DNA of 32,000 bases. It comes from Acidianus tailed spindle virus. Location of the stretch: the sequence record NC_029316.1. One strand, given 5' to 3'. Below, in pieces: positions 1 through 9,931 of this stretch; positions within the stretch are counted from its first letter, which is position 1, and every line of letters starts with the position of its first letter. The notes beneath the pieces were generated by a model that worked only from the letters and a program-made list of their open reading frames with translations, did no database searches and was not told where the DNA came from. A program made the translations under genes and the position numbers.

Positions 1-124
1 GCTGTCCATCTACGAGGGTTATGGTGTGGGCATATTGGAATTGTAAAAAATAAATCACGTCAAATATAATAATTGTTGCAAAAGCCATCACAAATACTAA
101 AACAAATACAGTGAACGGGGACAT

Positions 125-1192
125 TCAAACCACCTTGAAATACTTAAACGCAGTTCCGTCAGGTAACTCATTTTCAAGTATCGTCTTGATAGAATAGAAA
201 AGATCCCTATCTATCTCAACTTCCTCATTCTTCTTAACTTTCTCCTCAAGCTTATCTATAAATTTTCTAAAAGACACTAAGTCAACATATTTACAAAGTT
301 CTTCCTTGTTAATATATTGCTGTTGAACTGCGTTACTGTTTTTCTCTATTCTCCTTTCTTCTTTCTTATTATCACTTTCCTTACGGTCGTCCTTATGGTC
401 ACCACTTCTTTTCTTTTCTGTTTTCACACTCAATTTCTCTGTTTTTTTGGCTTTTTCTCTTTCTAATAATTCTCCAAGTTTTGACATAAATTCCCCAGCA
501 TTCTTAGCATTTTTAAGTTCAGCATAATAATCTGTAATAACCTTGCGGATATTTGAGAAAATCAAATCTAAATCTTCATCAGTGAAATCATTGGCAAAAT
601 TCTTAGTTAAACTCAGTAATTTCTCTATTTCCCTCTTATTAAATACTATTCCTTTCTTTTTCGTATAATTATAAATGTGGGGATAATGCGATTTTACCCA
701 TAACACCATATATTTAACGTCGTCTATAGATACTTTCTTTTTTGTAATGTTTTGAAGTGTTTCCTCTATCTTCTTATCTATATCATTATCTATCCTCGCT
801 GTTTGACTAGTTGATCCTCTGATCTTATATATCTCCTCAATATAATTAGTGAGTTCCTCGAGTTTCATCGGTCTTCTTATTACATTTAGAACGAGTGCTA
901 ACAACTTTGCGGTTTGCGGATCCTTGGTTATTCTTAAGTCTGTATATTGAAGCGTGAGGACTTTAGAATATTCATCGCTCTCCTTAGCTAACTCTTTTAG
1001 TACTAGGTATCTCGTCATTCCGTCTATTATGTAATTGTCTGAGTCGACAACTATAGGTTCCCTTAACCCATCTTTTTTTATGCTTTCCTTTAGTTCCTCC
1101 ATTATACGTTGGTCTCTTGGGAATAAATTAAAAATAGGGTCGTATATTTTTAAATCGCCTAATCTCGAAACTTTAAGAAGAACATTATACAT
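125..1192 (-). CDS. ParB-like N-terminal domain protein
   Basis: 355-aa ORF. The N-terminus (DLKIYDPIFNLFPRDQRIMEELKESIKKDGLREPIVVDSDNYIIDGMTRYLVLKEL) has the ParB/Srx signature of predicted contacts plus G-x-x-R. A lysine/glutamate-rich linker and a short C-terminal domain follow. Confidence 0.75.
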   Translation of the reverse strand: MYNVLLKVSRLGDLKIYDPIFNLFPRDQRIMEELKESIKKDGLREPIVVDSDNYIIDGMTRYLVLKELAKESDEYSKVLTLQYTDLRITKDPQTAKLLALVLNVIRRPMKLEELTNYIEEIYKIRGSTSQTARIDNDIDKKIEETLQNITKKKVSIDDVKYMVLWVKSHYPHIYNYTKKKGIVFNKREIEKLLSLTKNFANDFTDEDLDLIFSNIRKVITDYYAELKNAKNAGEFMSKLGELLEREKAKKTEKLSVKTEKKRSGDHKDDRKESDNKKEERRIEKNSNAVQQQYINKEELCKYVDLVSFRKFIDKLEEKVKKNEEVEIDRDLFYSIKTILENELPDGTAFKYFKVV

Positions 1193-1215
1193 ATATTTTA
1201 ATTGGAAAAAATAAC

Positions 1216-2772
1216 CTAATATTTATTTGGGTTTTTAAATGAGGGTTTCTTTAGAAAGTTTTCGAAACCGTATAGGAATTTTGAAATTGAAGTATCGTCG
1301 TATGAGTCTGCTATTCTCACTTCTATCCCAGCAATGTCCTCAAATGTCTGTTTGCTAGATGCTTCGCCTCTCAGTATAATTTCTTTTACATCTATGCCGT
1401 AAAAATTCAATACTGCTCTGATGAGGTTTTTCGCTCTTTTTATCCTTTCGTCAAGTAGCGAGGACGACATATATTTCCTAATCGATGATACTATCTTCTG
1501 GTCGTCTACCGTGTACATATATGATTGTGCTATTTTGTCGAAATTCGAATTTTGTTGCGTGAACATAATGACGTTCTTATGATAATCGGAAATTATCTCT
1601 GCAAGACCAGACAGTTTGCTATTATCAACGAGTAAAGGCTGTTCAACTAATACTATAGACTTCCTATACATTTCAATATTGAATAAGAATTCCTTTATCG
1701 ATGAGTCTATTGTAGGCTGGAATATTATATAATTACAAACATCAACTAGGATGGAGCTGATTATGGCTTTTACTGTGAGCGGATATCTCGTTGTAATTAA
1801 GATCTTTATGGGCATCTCGCATGTAACTATTTCGCTTAACGAATCCTTCATTTCAAGTAAGGAATTAATATCCTGGTTTCTCATGCTCACTACACGCCTT
1901 GCCACATCCTTGTTAACTATTGTAAAAGTCTCTGGAGAACGTACAAAAAGCGAGATATCCCTAAAACTCATACCGTTGTTCACGAAGTAGCGTGCTATAT
2001 CATCTGCACTCTTATACTCTATACCGTTTATGCTGATATTACTAATTCCCTTTATTTTCAAATATGCAGACACTGCTTCTAGGTCTGGTAATGTGTAGTA
2101 AACCTTCTCTTTTACTCTGCTAATTAATGCTGGGTCTATAGTGTCTACTTTAACGTTTGTTGCAAGTATTACTATTATATCATAATTCTTAACGTTATAC
2201 AAGTTTAGATATTTCAGCATTAAGTTCATTAGATTTGTATAAAGCGTGTGGTTCTTATCTTCTGATGTAAGATCCCTTTTTGTTATTATCCACTCAGCAT
2301 CATCGAAGAACAGTATGATGGGTTGGCTACGAATAGCTTTGAGGAAAATATTTCTCAGCTCATTTTCTGTTTCTCCTACATATTTTGATAAAATCTCAGT
2401 ACCTACATAACGGAGCTTCCAACCTTTTACCTTTGCCAACAGTTCTGCGAAGGACGTCTTTCCAGTGCCTGGTGCACCGTATAATAGTATGTTAGAGTTA
2501 CCTTTCTTTTTATTTACTAATTCTTTAAATACATTGTATATTTCTTTTGGAAATATGTAAAAATCTCCATTACTTAACTTTATTATCACATTATCATGCA
2601 GTTCCGTAACGTCGTACGTTAACGGTTTAATTATTTTCACAACTTTAGTTATATATTCATTGTAAATGCATGGGTCTGGTATTGCATAAAGTATTGTACT
2701 ATCTACAGTATTTACTTCCTCACCTTGTTTTATTTTTCTTGTAGTGTAGATTTTTTGACAAACTTCAGTCAT
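1216..2772 (-). CDS. AAA+ ATPase (Cdc48/FtsH-like AAA module)
   Basis: 518-aa ORF with Walker A GAPGTGKTS, Walker B-like IILFFDDAEW, sensor ATN and arginine-finger-region LISRVKEK. Bicaudavirus-type AAA ATPases are known. Confidence 0.85.
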   Translation of the reverse strand: MTEVCQKIYTTRKIKQGEEVNTVDSTILYAIPDPCIYNEYITKVVKIIKPLTYDVTELHDNVIIKLSNGDFYIFPKEIYNVFKELVNKKKGNSNILLYGAPGTGKTSFAELLAKVKGWKLRYVGTEILSKYVGETENELRNIFLKAIRSQPIILFFDDAEWIITKRDLTSEDKNHTLYTNLMNLMLKYLNLYNVKNYDIIVILATNVKVDTIDPALISRVKEKVYYTLPDLEAVSAYLKIKGISNISINGIEYKSADDIARYFVNNGMSFRDISLFVRSPETFTIVNKDVARRVVSMRNQDINSLLEMKDSLSEIVTCEMPIKILITTRYPLTVKAIISSILVDVCNYIIFQPTIDSSIKEFLFNIEMYRKSIVLVEQPLLVDNSKLSGLAEIISDYHKNVIMFTQQNSNFDKIAQSYMYTVDDQKIVSSIRKYMSSSLLDERIKRAKNLIRAVLNFYGIDVKEIILRGEASSKQTFEDIAGIEVRIADSYDDTSISKFLYGFENFLKKPSFKNPNKY

Positions 2773-2773
2773 T

Positions 2774-3592
2774 TTACTTCCCTACTATGTGTAGTAATAT
2801 GTATACGAATGCTAGGATTATTGGGATAGTTAACGCTAGTGCAAGGATTAACTTAGTCTTATTTGTTGCTAATACTGTTTGTAACTTCTGCTTTGCTAAT
2901 GATATCTTCTGCAGGTTAGTTATTTCATTACCAGCACTTGTAAGTAAGTGAATTATATTCTCTGCACTGCTGGTTTGGAGTGATATGAGGTAGTCATCTA
3001 GTACACTAGATAGATCTGTAGTTATAGCGAGCTTGTATTGACCTACGACAAAGCTTGAAGTATACTGAGTAGATCCTGAAAGGATATCTGCTATCAACTC
3101 AGAGAAGCTTTTGTCACTGAAAATCCTAGCAGTAGCCAGGTCTGACAATGTGTACAAATTCATCGTCAGGAATACTGTAGTCTCACCAACCGCAAAATAG
3201 AACGGTTTGTTTATACCATGAATGTAAAAGGGAGTTATGTCAGGCTTTACTGCTATAATATAAATGTCGTTGTCACTCGTGTTACCTATGAAGAGACCTG
3301 TAGCTATATACCTTGCGGGTACAAGGACTACCTTTTTGGTTTTTTTCTGAACTACTAGAAATATAGCGTCGGCATTCCTTGCATTAATATCAAACAACTG
3401 GACATTACGGTGAGACTTCAGCTTAATAATCAGTAACATCATTACGAATCCTACTACTACTGCAATAAGTATAATTGACAAAAAATTGAAAGAAAAAAGG
3501 CTAGTTACTGCAGATGTAGGGCTTATGTGTATTGTTGGGGACGGTGTAGTAGAAACGTGAGGCGTTGTAGAGTTAGGAGGTGGTAGTGGCAT
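2774..3592 (-). CDS. Membrane protein with two predicted TM helices
   Basis: 272-aa ORF. Hydrophobic segments near the N-terminus (FLSIILIAVVVGFVMMLLII) and at the C-terminus (LILALALTIPIILAFVYILLHIV). Its start is 1 nt from the stop of the AAA ATPase gene. Confidence 0.7.
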   Translation of the reverse strand: MPLPPPNSTTPHVSTTPSPTIHISPTSAVTSLFSFNFLSIILIAVVVGFVMMLLIIKLKSHRNVQLFDINARNADAIFLVVQKKTKKVVLVPARYIATGLFIGNTSDNDIYIIAVKPDITPFYIHGINKPFYFAVGETTVFLTMNLYTLSDLATARIFSDKSFSELIADILSGSTQYTSSFVVGQYKLAITTDLSSVLDDYLISLQTSSAENIIHLLTSAGNEITNLQKISLAKQKLQTVLATNKTKLILALALTIPIILAFVYILLHIVGK

Positions 3593-3640
3593 ATGTGTTT
3601 TGTTAAAAACGATATTAAAAGTAGAGAAAAAACTTTTGAA

Positions 3641-3654
3641 AACACAGATGTGTT
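3641..3654. promoter_or_regulatory. Dispersed palindrome AWCACANNTGTGWT (copy 1)
   Basis: AACACAGATGTGTT, upstream of the minus-strand gene starting at 3592. Confidence 0.6.
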
Positions 3655-3655
3655 T

Positions 3656-3898
3656 TCAGGTGTTGTACATCACTGACTTTATCATTTGAGAATAGATGCG
3701 GTTAGTCATTTCATCTAATTTTCTCTTATCATAATTCTCTATTTCGTTAATTGGTATTTTTTCTAATGCTATAGTTCTTGCTAAGTTTTTAGCGAATGTG
3801 CTAAAATTGTACTTATCTATTGCAGTTACTTTCCCGTCTGGATTTGTAATATAACACAACTCATCGTCGCACTCTACCTTATATCTACCGATTTTCAT
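3656..3898 (-). CDS. Small conserved-type hypothetical protein
   Basis: ORF track gives 3656..3937. The internal start MKIGRYKVECDDELCY at 3898 fits better with the A/T-rich TATA-like sequence upstream. Confidence 0.5.
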   Translation of the reverse strand: MKIGRYKVECDDELCYITNPDGKVTAIDKYNFSTFAKNLARTIALEKIPINEIENYDKRKLDEMTNRIYSQMIKSVMYNT

Positions 3899-3948
3899 AT
3901 GTTCGAATAGACGCATCAGAATAAATATGTATAGCAATTAATCCTCCT

Positions 3949-5541
3949 ATGCAAACCCGCATTTTCTTCGTTGCGATTTCTTACTCTATGTTAGTATACG
4001 TCATAATGTTTTTCGAATATTATTCACTCAATATACCAGTCTGGGACATGGGTCACGCATTACAGACACTATATAATATCCATAACTGCCATGGCAGTCT
4101 TACGTTCTTCATATCTACTATTCTTTACCAGGGTGATAGGTTCCTCTTGTTCTTCGTACCGACTAACGTTAACAGTTTGATACTATTACAAGCGTTATCA
4201 GTAGGTCTTGCAATAATTCCATTATATTATATAACAAAAATTAAGTTGAAGGACGAAAAACTAAGGATACTTACTGTCATACTCTTTATGCTATACGCAC
4301 CGCTGTGGGGCAATTATTTCTTCCCTTACCACTTTCAATCTCTGTTTACGTTATTTTTCTTCTCTATGTATTACTTCACACTTAAGGATAACAAGATACT
4401 AAGCATAATCTTCTCAATTCTTGCGTCCCTGGTTAGGTTTCCTTTCGTTATACTGATAGTCTTCTACTCTGCAGTAGAGTTAGCATTCAGAAAGAATGTG
4501 AAAATCAACAAATACGTGCTTGCAGTATCTGCAATAATCCTGATAGCAAGTTATGTCATGTCAAACGTCTGTCCTACAATAATCCCTGGAATAGAGAAAG
4601 AAGCCAAATTGGACGCAACGCCTAGTTACAAAATACCTCTCATAGATAAAATCCTAACAATACCAGCATTATTACTCCCGTTCAGCATGGTTCCGTTATT
4701 AAGTTATTTTATAATAAACTTGGTTCCATATACTGTGCTTATTTTCATAACATGCTCCGCTGGGTTCGTTTTTCCTAAGCTTTTCATATTCCAATATTCT
4801 TCATTGTATACTTATGCTGTATTTATAGCGTTCATAGACGCTATATCTAAATTCAGAATAAAGGAAATAATTAGTATCGCAATAATATTATTAACATTCT
4901 TCTCATTCTTCATGTTCTCATACGTTTCGCCGTTTTACCCATATGCTAATTACCCTGCAGTGTTCTTCACGCCTAATAACGCTAGAGAATTATGCTACGT
5001 CGTGAACATCATCCCAAGAAACGCAACAATACTAGTGCAAGATAATATGCCAGAATTCTATCCGAGGACTTACCTACCTGACAATTATCCTCTAGTTATA
5101 GGGGATACAGAACTTGTGTATAGTAACTATTCATTTGAGCATAATAATTACCTGGTAGTGTTCTGCTTAGGAAAGTTCAATACTAGCATATGCTATGTAG
5201 CAGTTGATACTGTTAACGATTTCTTTTGGCAATCACTTAACATGACAAATTTATTCTATTCTCACGGGTACGGAATATACATTATTTATGATTACATAAT
5301 AATTCTGAAGTACAATTACTCGTCTCCACCAATAATAAACACTGGATATTCTTTTGTTATACCAGGGCATGTAAGTGTGGATTTACCGCTTATTCCTGGA
5401 ATTTACGAACTTAATGCTACTGCATGTGTATGTGGTAGGTACACAAATTTCGTAATAATGAAAGACTTCGGGTTTGTCCATATTTCTACAAACAGCAGAA
5501 CAGAGCTGACCTTGATAGATGTGTTTGACATAAAAGCATGA
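3949..5541 (+). CDS. DUF2079-like polytopic membrane protein (possible GT-C glycosyltransferase)
   Basis: 530-aa ORF with many TM helices. Early lumenal motif (YSLNIPVWDMGHALQTLYNIHNCHG ... LLFFVP ... FFPYHFQSLFTLFFFS) typical of DUF2079/GT-C proteins. Confidence 0.65.
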   Translation: MQTRIFFVAISYSMLVYVIMFFEYYSLNIPVWDMGHALQTLYNIHNCHGSLTFFISTILYQGDRFLLFFVPTNVNSLILLQALSVGLAIIPLYYITKIKLKDEKLRILTVILFMLYAPLWGNYFFPYHFQSLFTLFFFSMYYFTLKDNKILSIIFSILASLVRFPFVILIVFYSAVELAFRKNVKINKYVLAVSAIILIASYVMSNVCPTIIPGIEKEAKLDATPSYKIPLIDKILTIPALLLPFSMVPLLSYFIINLVPYTVLIFITCSAGFVFPKLFIFQYSSLYTYAVFIAFIDAISKFRIKEIISIAIILLTFFSFFMFSYVSPFYPYANYPAVFFTPNNARELCYVVNIIPRNATILVQDNMPEFYPRTYLPDNYPLVIGDTELVYSNYSFEHNNYLVVFCLGKFNTSICYVAVDTVNDFFWQSLNMTNLFYSHGYGIYIIYDYIIILKYNYSSPPIINTGYSFVIPGHVSVDLPLIPGIYELNATACVCGRYTNFVIMKDFGFVHISTNSRTELTLIDVFDIKA

Positions 5542-5608
5542 CAGCGAGGGAAGTCAGCTAAAAGCACTATCTTTTTAAACTCTTAACGGGAGAGAAAGGA
5601 GAGAAAAT

Positions 5609-6031
5609 ATGGCTACTCTCAAAGCTTCAGAAAAGGTTAAAGCGTGGAATAAAAGAATAGTATCGTTATTAAGGGACGTGTTAAAGCAGGCTGACCAAAA
5701 CGGCTTGTTAATAGACTTAACACAACTCACCAGAGCGTTAGCAGGACTAAAGGCTTACTTCTCCTTCCAAGCTAAAAATGCTAAAGACGAGAAGGTTAAG
5801 GAAGCTTACAAGAAACTAATAGAAGAAGTTACAGAAATACAAAAACAACTAGAGCCACTCAAGAAGTCACACAAGTGGGTTAAAATCTCACCAGAACTCT
5901 ACAATAAGTTGAAGAGCTATAAGGAAAAATTAGAGAACGAACAAATAGAGTTACCATACGTTTATTTCGCATTCGAACAACCACAACCAACAACTACGAG
6001 AAAGAAGAAACAGACTATGCTTCAAGCTTAG
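5609..6031 (+). CDS. Small helical protein, possible virion component
   Basis: 140-aa alpha-helical, Lys-rich ORF with a promoter-like ctttttaaac upstream (~5570) and a Shine-Dalgarno-like ggagagaaaggagag. Confidence 0.6.
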   Translation: MATLKASEKVKAWNKRIVSLLRDVLKQADQNGLLIDLTQLTRALAGLKAYFSFQAKNAKDEKVKEAYKKLIEEVTEIQKQLEPLKKSHKWVKISPELYNKLKSYKEKLENEQIELPYVYFAFEQPQPTTTRKKKQTMLQA

Positions 6032-7034
6032 AATATATTTTTTTGTATTCTTCTCTTTCTCTATCTTCTAAAAAGTACTCATTAAGTTTAGCCTTCATAT
6101 AACTTGCTTTTATTATAGCTGGGACGAAGTCTTCCTCTCTTACTAATAAAATTCCACCATTATTGAATGAATATATCTCCCTATGTGCGGATATATCTCT
6201 TGCAACAACTGGTAACGAATTTGCTAATGCTTCAATAATAGGTATGTTGAACCCTTCATCGATAGAAGGAGCAAAATATACATCACTAGCAATATATAAT
6301 TTAATGAGGAGTTCATCATCTATGCCTAGGAAGTACTTATCACCGCGTTTGTTATTAACTGTTATAATCATAAAGCCGAGCTTATGTAATTCTTCACGTA
6401 TCTTATCTATTACACTCAGTCCCTTTCTTGGTTCATCATGTGCAACGTTAATTACAATCTTCTTATCTTTAGGCAAACCTAGTTCTTCACGGATCCTCAT
6501 AACGTTTCCGTCTCTTTCGTTTACAAAACCCCTCGGAACGCTATGGTGGATTACTATAACCTTAGGTAATTCAATACCGTTCTCGTCTGCATACCTCTTC
6601 AGCTGTCTTGCTGTATAGAAGCTAGGGACGACAACGAGTTCCAGGTTTTTGATTTGTGTTATTTCATGCCTGAAATAAAGCCTGTAATAGAACGGGTAAT
6701 ATGAACTCACAGCTGTGTTTTCAGATAGTGGGAACAGATCGTGAACTGTTCCTATACCACCGTTTGCTACATGGAAGAAATCTGGCGAAACTAAGTGAAG
6801 CAGTTTTTTAGACGCAAATTTACTGAACTTACCCCTCTTTGTAATTAGATCGTAAATTATTCCTAGTTTGTTAAAATATTTATATTGTACAACTTCATCA
6901 AAACCGTCAGGCTCCTCCCACGGTTTCATTCTAAAAAGAACCAATTTACTATTTGGGAAGTAAGAATGCAATCTGCTTGCATAACGCCCGATACCTGACT
7001 TTAGTTTTGAATTGCTAACGATATATAGCATCAT
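6015..7034 (-). CDS. Glycosyltransferase, GT4 (GT-B fold) family
   Basis: 339-aa ORF with VVPSFYTARQLKRY, VINVAHDEPRKGLSVI and the nucleotide-sugar binding motif SIDEGFNIPIIEALANSLPVVARDISAHREI. Confidence 0.85.
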   Translation of the reverse strand: MMLYIVSNSKLKSGIGRYASRLHSYFPNSKLVLFRMKPWEEPDGFDEVVQYKYFNKLGIIYDLITKRGKFSKFASKKLLHLVSPDFFHVANGGIGTVHDLFPLSENTAVSSYYPFYYRLYFRHEITQIKNLELVVVPSFYTARQLKRYADENGIELPKVIVIHHSVPRGFVNERDGNVMRIREELGLPKDKKIVINVAHDEPRKGLSVIDKIREELHKLGFMIITVNNKRGDKYFLGIDDELLIKLYIASDVYFAPSIDEGFNIPIIEALANSLPVVARDISAHREIYSFNNGGILLVREEDFVPAIIKASYMKAKLNEYFLEDREREEYKKIYSKLEA

Positions 7035-7115
7035 TTAATAGGGTAATTATGTGTTTTTAAGGAGATGACTTCCTACCCGCTCTGAAGAGAGTGGTTATCG
7101 TTCGTTTTGTCAGTG

Positions 7116-7373
7116 CTATCGCACGTCAACGACTTCTAACTTTCCACCTACTAGCCTCGCTTTTATCGTGAACGTTGGCTCGTCCCCACCATAGACCTTG
7201 ATTAACATCGTATCGCTATCAATGACGAAGTAGCTATACTTGTTCCATGTCCTCATATGATCGTTTAGGAACGATTCGATTAGTTCTTCGACGTAATCCC
7301 AATCTGCATTTAAGAGATTAGAGGAAATACTTTCTTCTCCTTCTTGATCTTTTGAAACAAATTCTTGAGACAT
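7116..7373 (-). CDS. Hypothetical acidic small protein
   Basis: 85-aa ORF, MSQEFVSKDQEGEESISSNLLNADWDYVEELIESFLNDH... Confidence 0.55.
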   Translation of the reverse strand: MSQEFVSKDQEGEESISSNLLNADWDYVEELIESFLNDHMRTWNKYSYFVIDSDTMLIKVYGGDEPTFTIKARLVGGKLEVVDVR

Positions 7374-7452
7374 ATGCTCACAGTAGTACTATTCAAAACC
7401 TAGTATATAAAAACACAAACAGTTGTTTTAGATTGAGAAAATTAAAAAAATG

Positions 7453-7863
7453 TCAGCCTATCTTATTTCTAATGTTCTCTCCTTCTTCTAAACTGTTAAA
7501 CAATGAGTTTATTTCATCTGTTATGCCTAGCCTTTCAGCCATTATCATTATTATGCTCCTTATTGTTGTGTAGATGAAGAGAGTTTGATAATTATTATCC
7601 ATTATCCTTTGGTCTAGCTTCGCAAGGTCGTATGCTCTACTCCTGATAAAGTTAATTATTGCCGATATAACATGAGAGGGCATTTTTGCGTTTGACAAAT
7701 CTAAACTTCCAACAATACTCAGAATACTATGTGAGAAATAACTTACTGTAGCCTTCTTCAATTCTGTTAGTATAAGATCGTCCGAAAAAAGTTTTGACGA
7801 AATTCCGTAATTAATGGAGTCAAGGTAAAAGGAAACCTGCTTTATTATATCCAGCTTATCCAT
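7453..7863 (-). CDS. Hypothetical helical protein
   Basis: 136-aa ORF whose start lies 1 nt from the stop of the upstream minus-strand membrane protein; part of a compact minus-strand cluster. Confidence 0.65.
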   Translation of the reverse strand: MDKLDIIKQVSFYLDSINYGISSKLFSDDLILTELKKATVSYFSHSILSIVGSLDLSNAKMPSHVISAIINFIRSRAYDLAKLDQRIMDNNYQTLFIYTTIRSIIMIMAERLGITDEINSLFNSLEEGENIRNKIG

Positions 7864-8232
7864 TTAGAAGAACCTCTTTGCAACGTATTGTATTATTTCA
7901 TAAATTATGAGTAAAGTAGATGCTATAGCTATGCCGAAAGATAGGTAGAATACAGTATAATAGAAGTCTAACGGTTGGTCTACAACGGTAGTAGTATTGT
8001 ACGGGTTCGTTAATGTCACGTTATAATCGGTAGGCGTAGTGAACGCAAACCCGCTTTCGTACATAATTATGTATGATGAGAACATAAGTAAAGATAGGAT
8101 GCCTATTTTTCTGAAGAATCCGTGGAAATACAGCCAAATAATTACGGCAAGAAATGCAATAACCAAAAATGAGAAAATATAAAAATAGACTAATTGTGCT
8201 TGTGAAGCCACTATGATTATTGTTTGACCCAT
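7864..8232 (-). CDS. Membrane protein, three predicted TM helices
   Basis: 122-aa ORF with three hydrophobic stretches and Asn-X-Thr sequons (NVT, NTT) in the loop. Confidence 0.65.
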   Translation of the reverse strand: MGQTIIIVASQAQLVYFYIFSFLVIAFLAVIIWLYFHGFFRKIGILSLLMFSSYIIMYESGFAFTTPTDYNVTLTNPYNTTTVVDQPLDFYYTVFYLSFGIAIASTLLIIYEIIQYVAKRFF

Positions 8233-8570
8233 TTCAGCTCCTCACATAATTGTAAGGATACAACATAATAATCTGTATAGTTTATCGTGACTATCTGGTA
8301 TAATTTAGTATTTACTGGCTTTTCCAGGTAAAATGCTGGTTTTTTTAATTTATTGAGTGCGTCACAAAAACTATAAATTAATTGATTAATATTTAGTTCT
8401 AACTCTTTCAGTTTTTGCTGTAGTTCATCAATTTGCTTCTTGAGTTTCTCATTCTCGTCTTCTAGAGACTTAATACGCTTAAGTAACTCATCATTACTTC
8501 TGTTCTCCTCACTCTTCTTAAGCTTCTTAACGTCGCTCTCTCTAATTACTTTCTCCAATTGCCTCCCCAC
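8217..8570 (-). CDS. Coiled-coil protein
   Basis: 117-aa ORF with heptad-rich RIKSLEDENEKLKKQIDELQQKLKELELNINQL; overlaps both neighbours, as expected for coupled genes. Confidence 0.65.
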   Translation of the reverse strand: MGRQLEKVIRESDVKKLKKSEENRSNDELLKRIKSLEDENEKLKKQIDELQQKLKELELNINQLIYSFCDALNKLKKPAFYLEKPVNTKLYQIVTINYTDYYVVSLQLCEELKWVKQ

Positions 8571-8802
8571 ATATCTTCATCATTTTGTTTATCTTACTGA
8601 CGTGCAGTGAATCCAATTTTTCAGCAATTCTGGAAACTTTGTTTATGAACTCCGCATCGTCTTTTATTTTATTTCCTTCTTCATCGTAATACCCTAGCTT
8701 TACTAATACGTTATATGCTACTGCTTTCCATCTGTCTGGGATATTATACTTCTGCATGTTTTGCTCATATTCAACCTTGAGTAACTCGCAAATATTACTC
8801 AT
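8542..8802 (-). CDS. Hypothetical helical protein
   Basis: 86-aa ORF, MSNICELLKVEYEQNMQKYNIPDRWKAVAYNVLVKLGYYDEEGNKI...; overlaps the upstream 36-aa ORF in ATGAGTAA. Confidence 0.6.
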   Translation of the reverse strand: MSNICELLKVEYEQNMQKYNIPDRWKAVAYNVLVKLGYYDEEGNKIKDDAEFINKVSRIAEKLDSLHVSKINKMMKICGEAIGESN

Positions 8803-8905
8803 TTGTAATTACCTCCTCGTCATTTGTATCCTCGTCGTCACTAAGCTCAGTTAGCTTCTTCTTCTTCTTAAGTGCGTTTTGTTTTTCTTTATTTACGAGT
8901 GACAT
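8795..8905 (-). CDS. Small charged ORF (36 aa), first in the minus-strand cluster
   Basis: Manually translated: MSLVNKEKQNALKKKKKLTELSDDEDTNDEEVITNE*. TATA-like ctttttaac lies just upstream and the stop overlaps the next ATG. Confidence 0.4.
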   Translation of the reverse strand: MSLVNKEKQNALKKKKKLTELSDDEDTNDEEVITNE

Positions 8906-9046
8906 AAGTAAAAGGTGGCTAAGGAGTTAAAAAGCAGATAGGGTTGGAGCTAAGCTTTTTCCCTATTTTCTAATTTTTCTGCCCCCTCACGCCTAACATT
9001 TATATATATTTATTTATCTAGCTAATTAATTAGGGTAGTTCTCGTC

Positions 9047-9574
9047 ATGTATATTTACAAGAAAAAAATATTGAGAAAATTTTTGCGTATGGTAAACGGG
9101 AAAATTATTACGGTTAAAAAAGACATAGTTGATCTGATATCACGCCATTCATTTACTATTCAGAGAATAAATGATGATGAAATTTTTTTGAAGATAGATG
9201 ATGAGAATGGGATAAAATTTGAAAAAACTTCTAAAGGTGCTATATTGAAATTAAAAGATTCTAAAGGAATAGAACACTATAGGTATTTAATTTTTCCATG
9301 TGGAATTCTCCTATTAAGAGTAAAAACAACAAGAGGAGATATATTCTATTTCACTCACTCATTGGTATTTGAAAGAGTTTCTTCAATTGAAATAAAAAGA
9401 GATGAAGAAAAAATAGAGGTTACAGGAAAGCCTGGAGATAAAAACGTAAGGATACATTTGAAAGACGTTGTACTTGTAAGGAAAACTGGAGATAATACGT
9501 ATTATATATATAGCAAAAACAAGAAACTAGAAAGAGAATTAAGAAGAAAATTAAAGAAAAAGTTGGGGTTCTAA
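9047..9574 (+). CDS. Hypothetical protein with internally repeated beta-rich segments
   Basis: 175-aa ORF. Alternating beta pattern ([17 protein letters not shown]..., [35 protein letters not shown]) with a basic C-terminus. Confidence 0.6.
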   Translation: MYIYKKKILRKFLRMVNGKIITVKKDIVDLISRHSFTIQRINDDEIFLKIDDENGIKFEKTSKGAILKLKDSKGIEHYRYLIFPCGILLLRVKTTRGDIFYFTHSLVFERVSSIEIKRDEEKIEVTGKPGDKNVRIHLKDVVLVRKTGDNTYYIYSKNKKLERELRRKLKKKLGF

Positions 9575-9753
9575 TGATTGAGTTTTTGCAATAATTCTTG
9601 TGGGGCTTCTTTAAGGCTTAATGCTCCTCTACCAGTCTTACCGTTGTCGTCGTAGGTGAACGATACCATATTCCCTACTTTCCAAACCTTCTTTATCTTT
9701 GAAATATCTACTTCCTTCTCCTCTCCCTTATACTTGAACTTTATACTCACCAT
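9571..9753 (-). CDS. Small beta-barrel-like protein (60 aa)
   Basis: [60 protein letters not shown], with a Shine-Dalgarno-like sequence upstream on the minus strand. Confidence 0.6.
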   Translation of the reverse strand: MVSIKFKYKGEEKEVDISKIKKVWKVGNMVSFTYDDNGKTGRGALSLKEAPQELLQKLNH

Positions 9754-9931
9754 TTTCTCTCAAGGATAAATTGAGAGAATGACACTAATAAATCTTGTGT
9801 TGTTAAGTTAAGGGAGCGTAAAGTAACGCCCTTTAGGCGAGGTAGCTCATAGATGGAAGTATAGGTGATAAAAAGATGACCGAAGATGTATTTTTAAAGA
9901 CTTAAAAAGATGAAAGTATGGGGAAAAACGA

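Noticed and set aside
1751-1990. 79-aa plus-strand ORF inside the AAA ATPase gene
   Set aside because: It lies fully antisense to a confidently identified ATPase.
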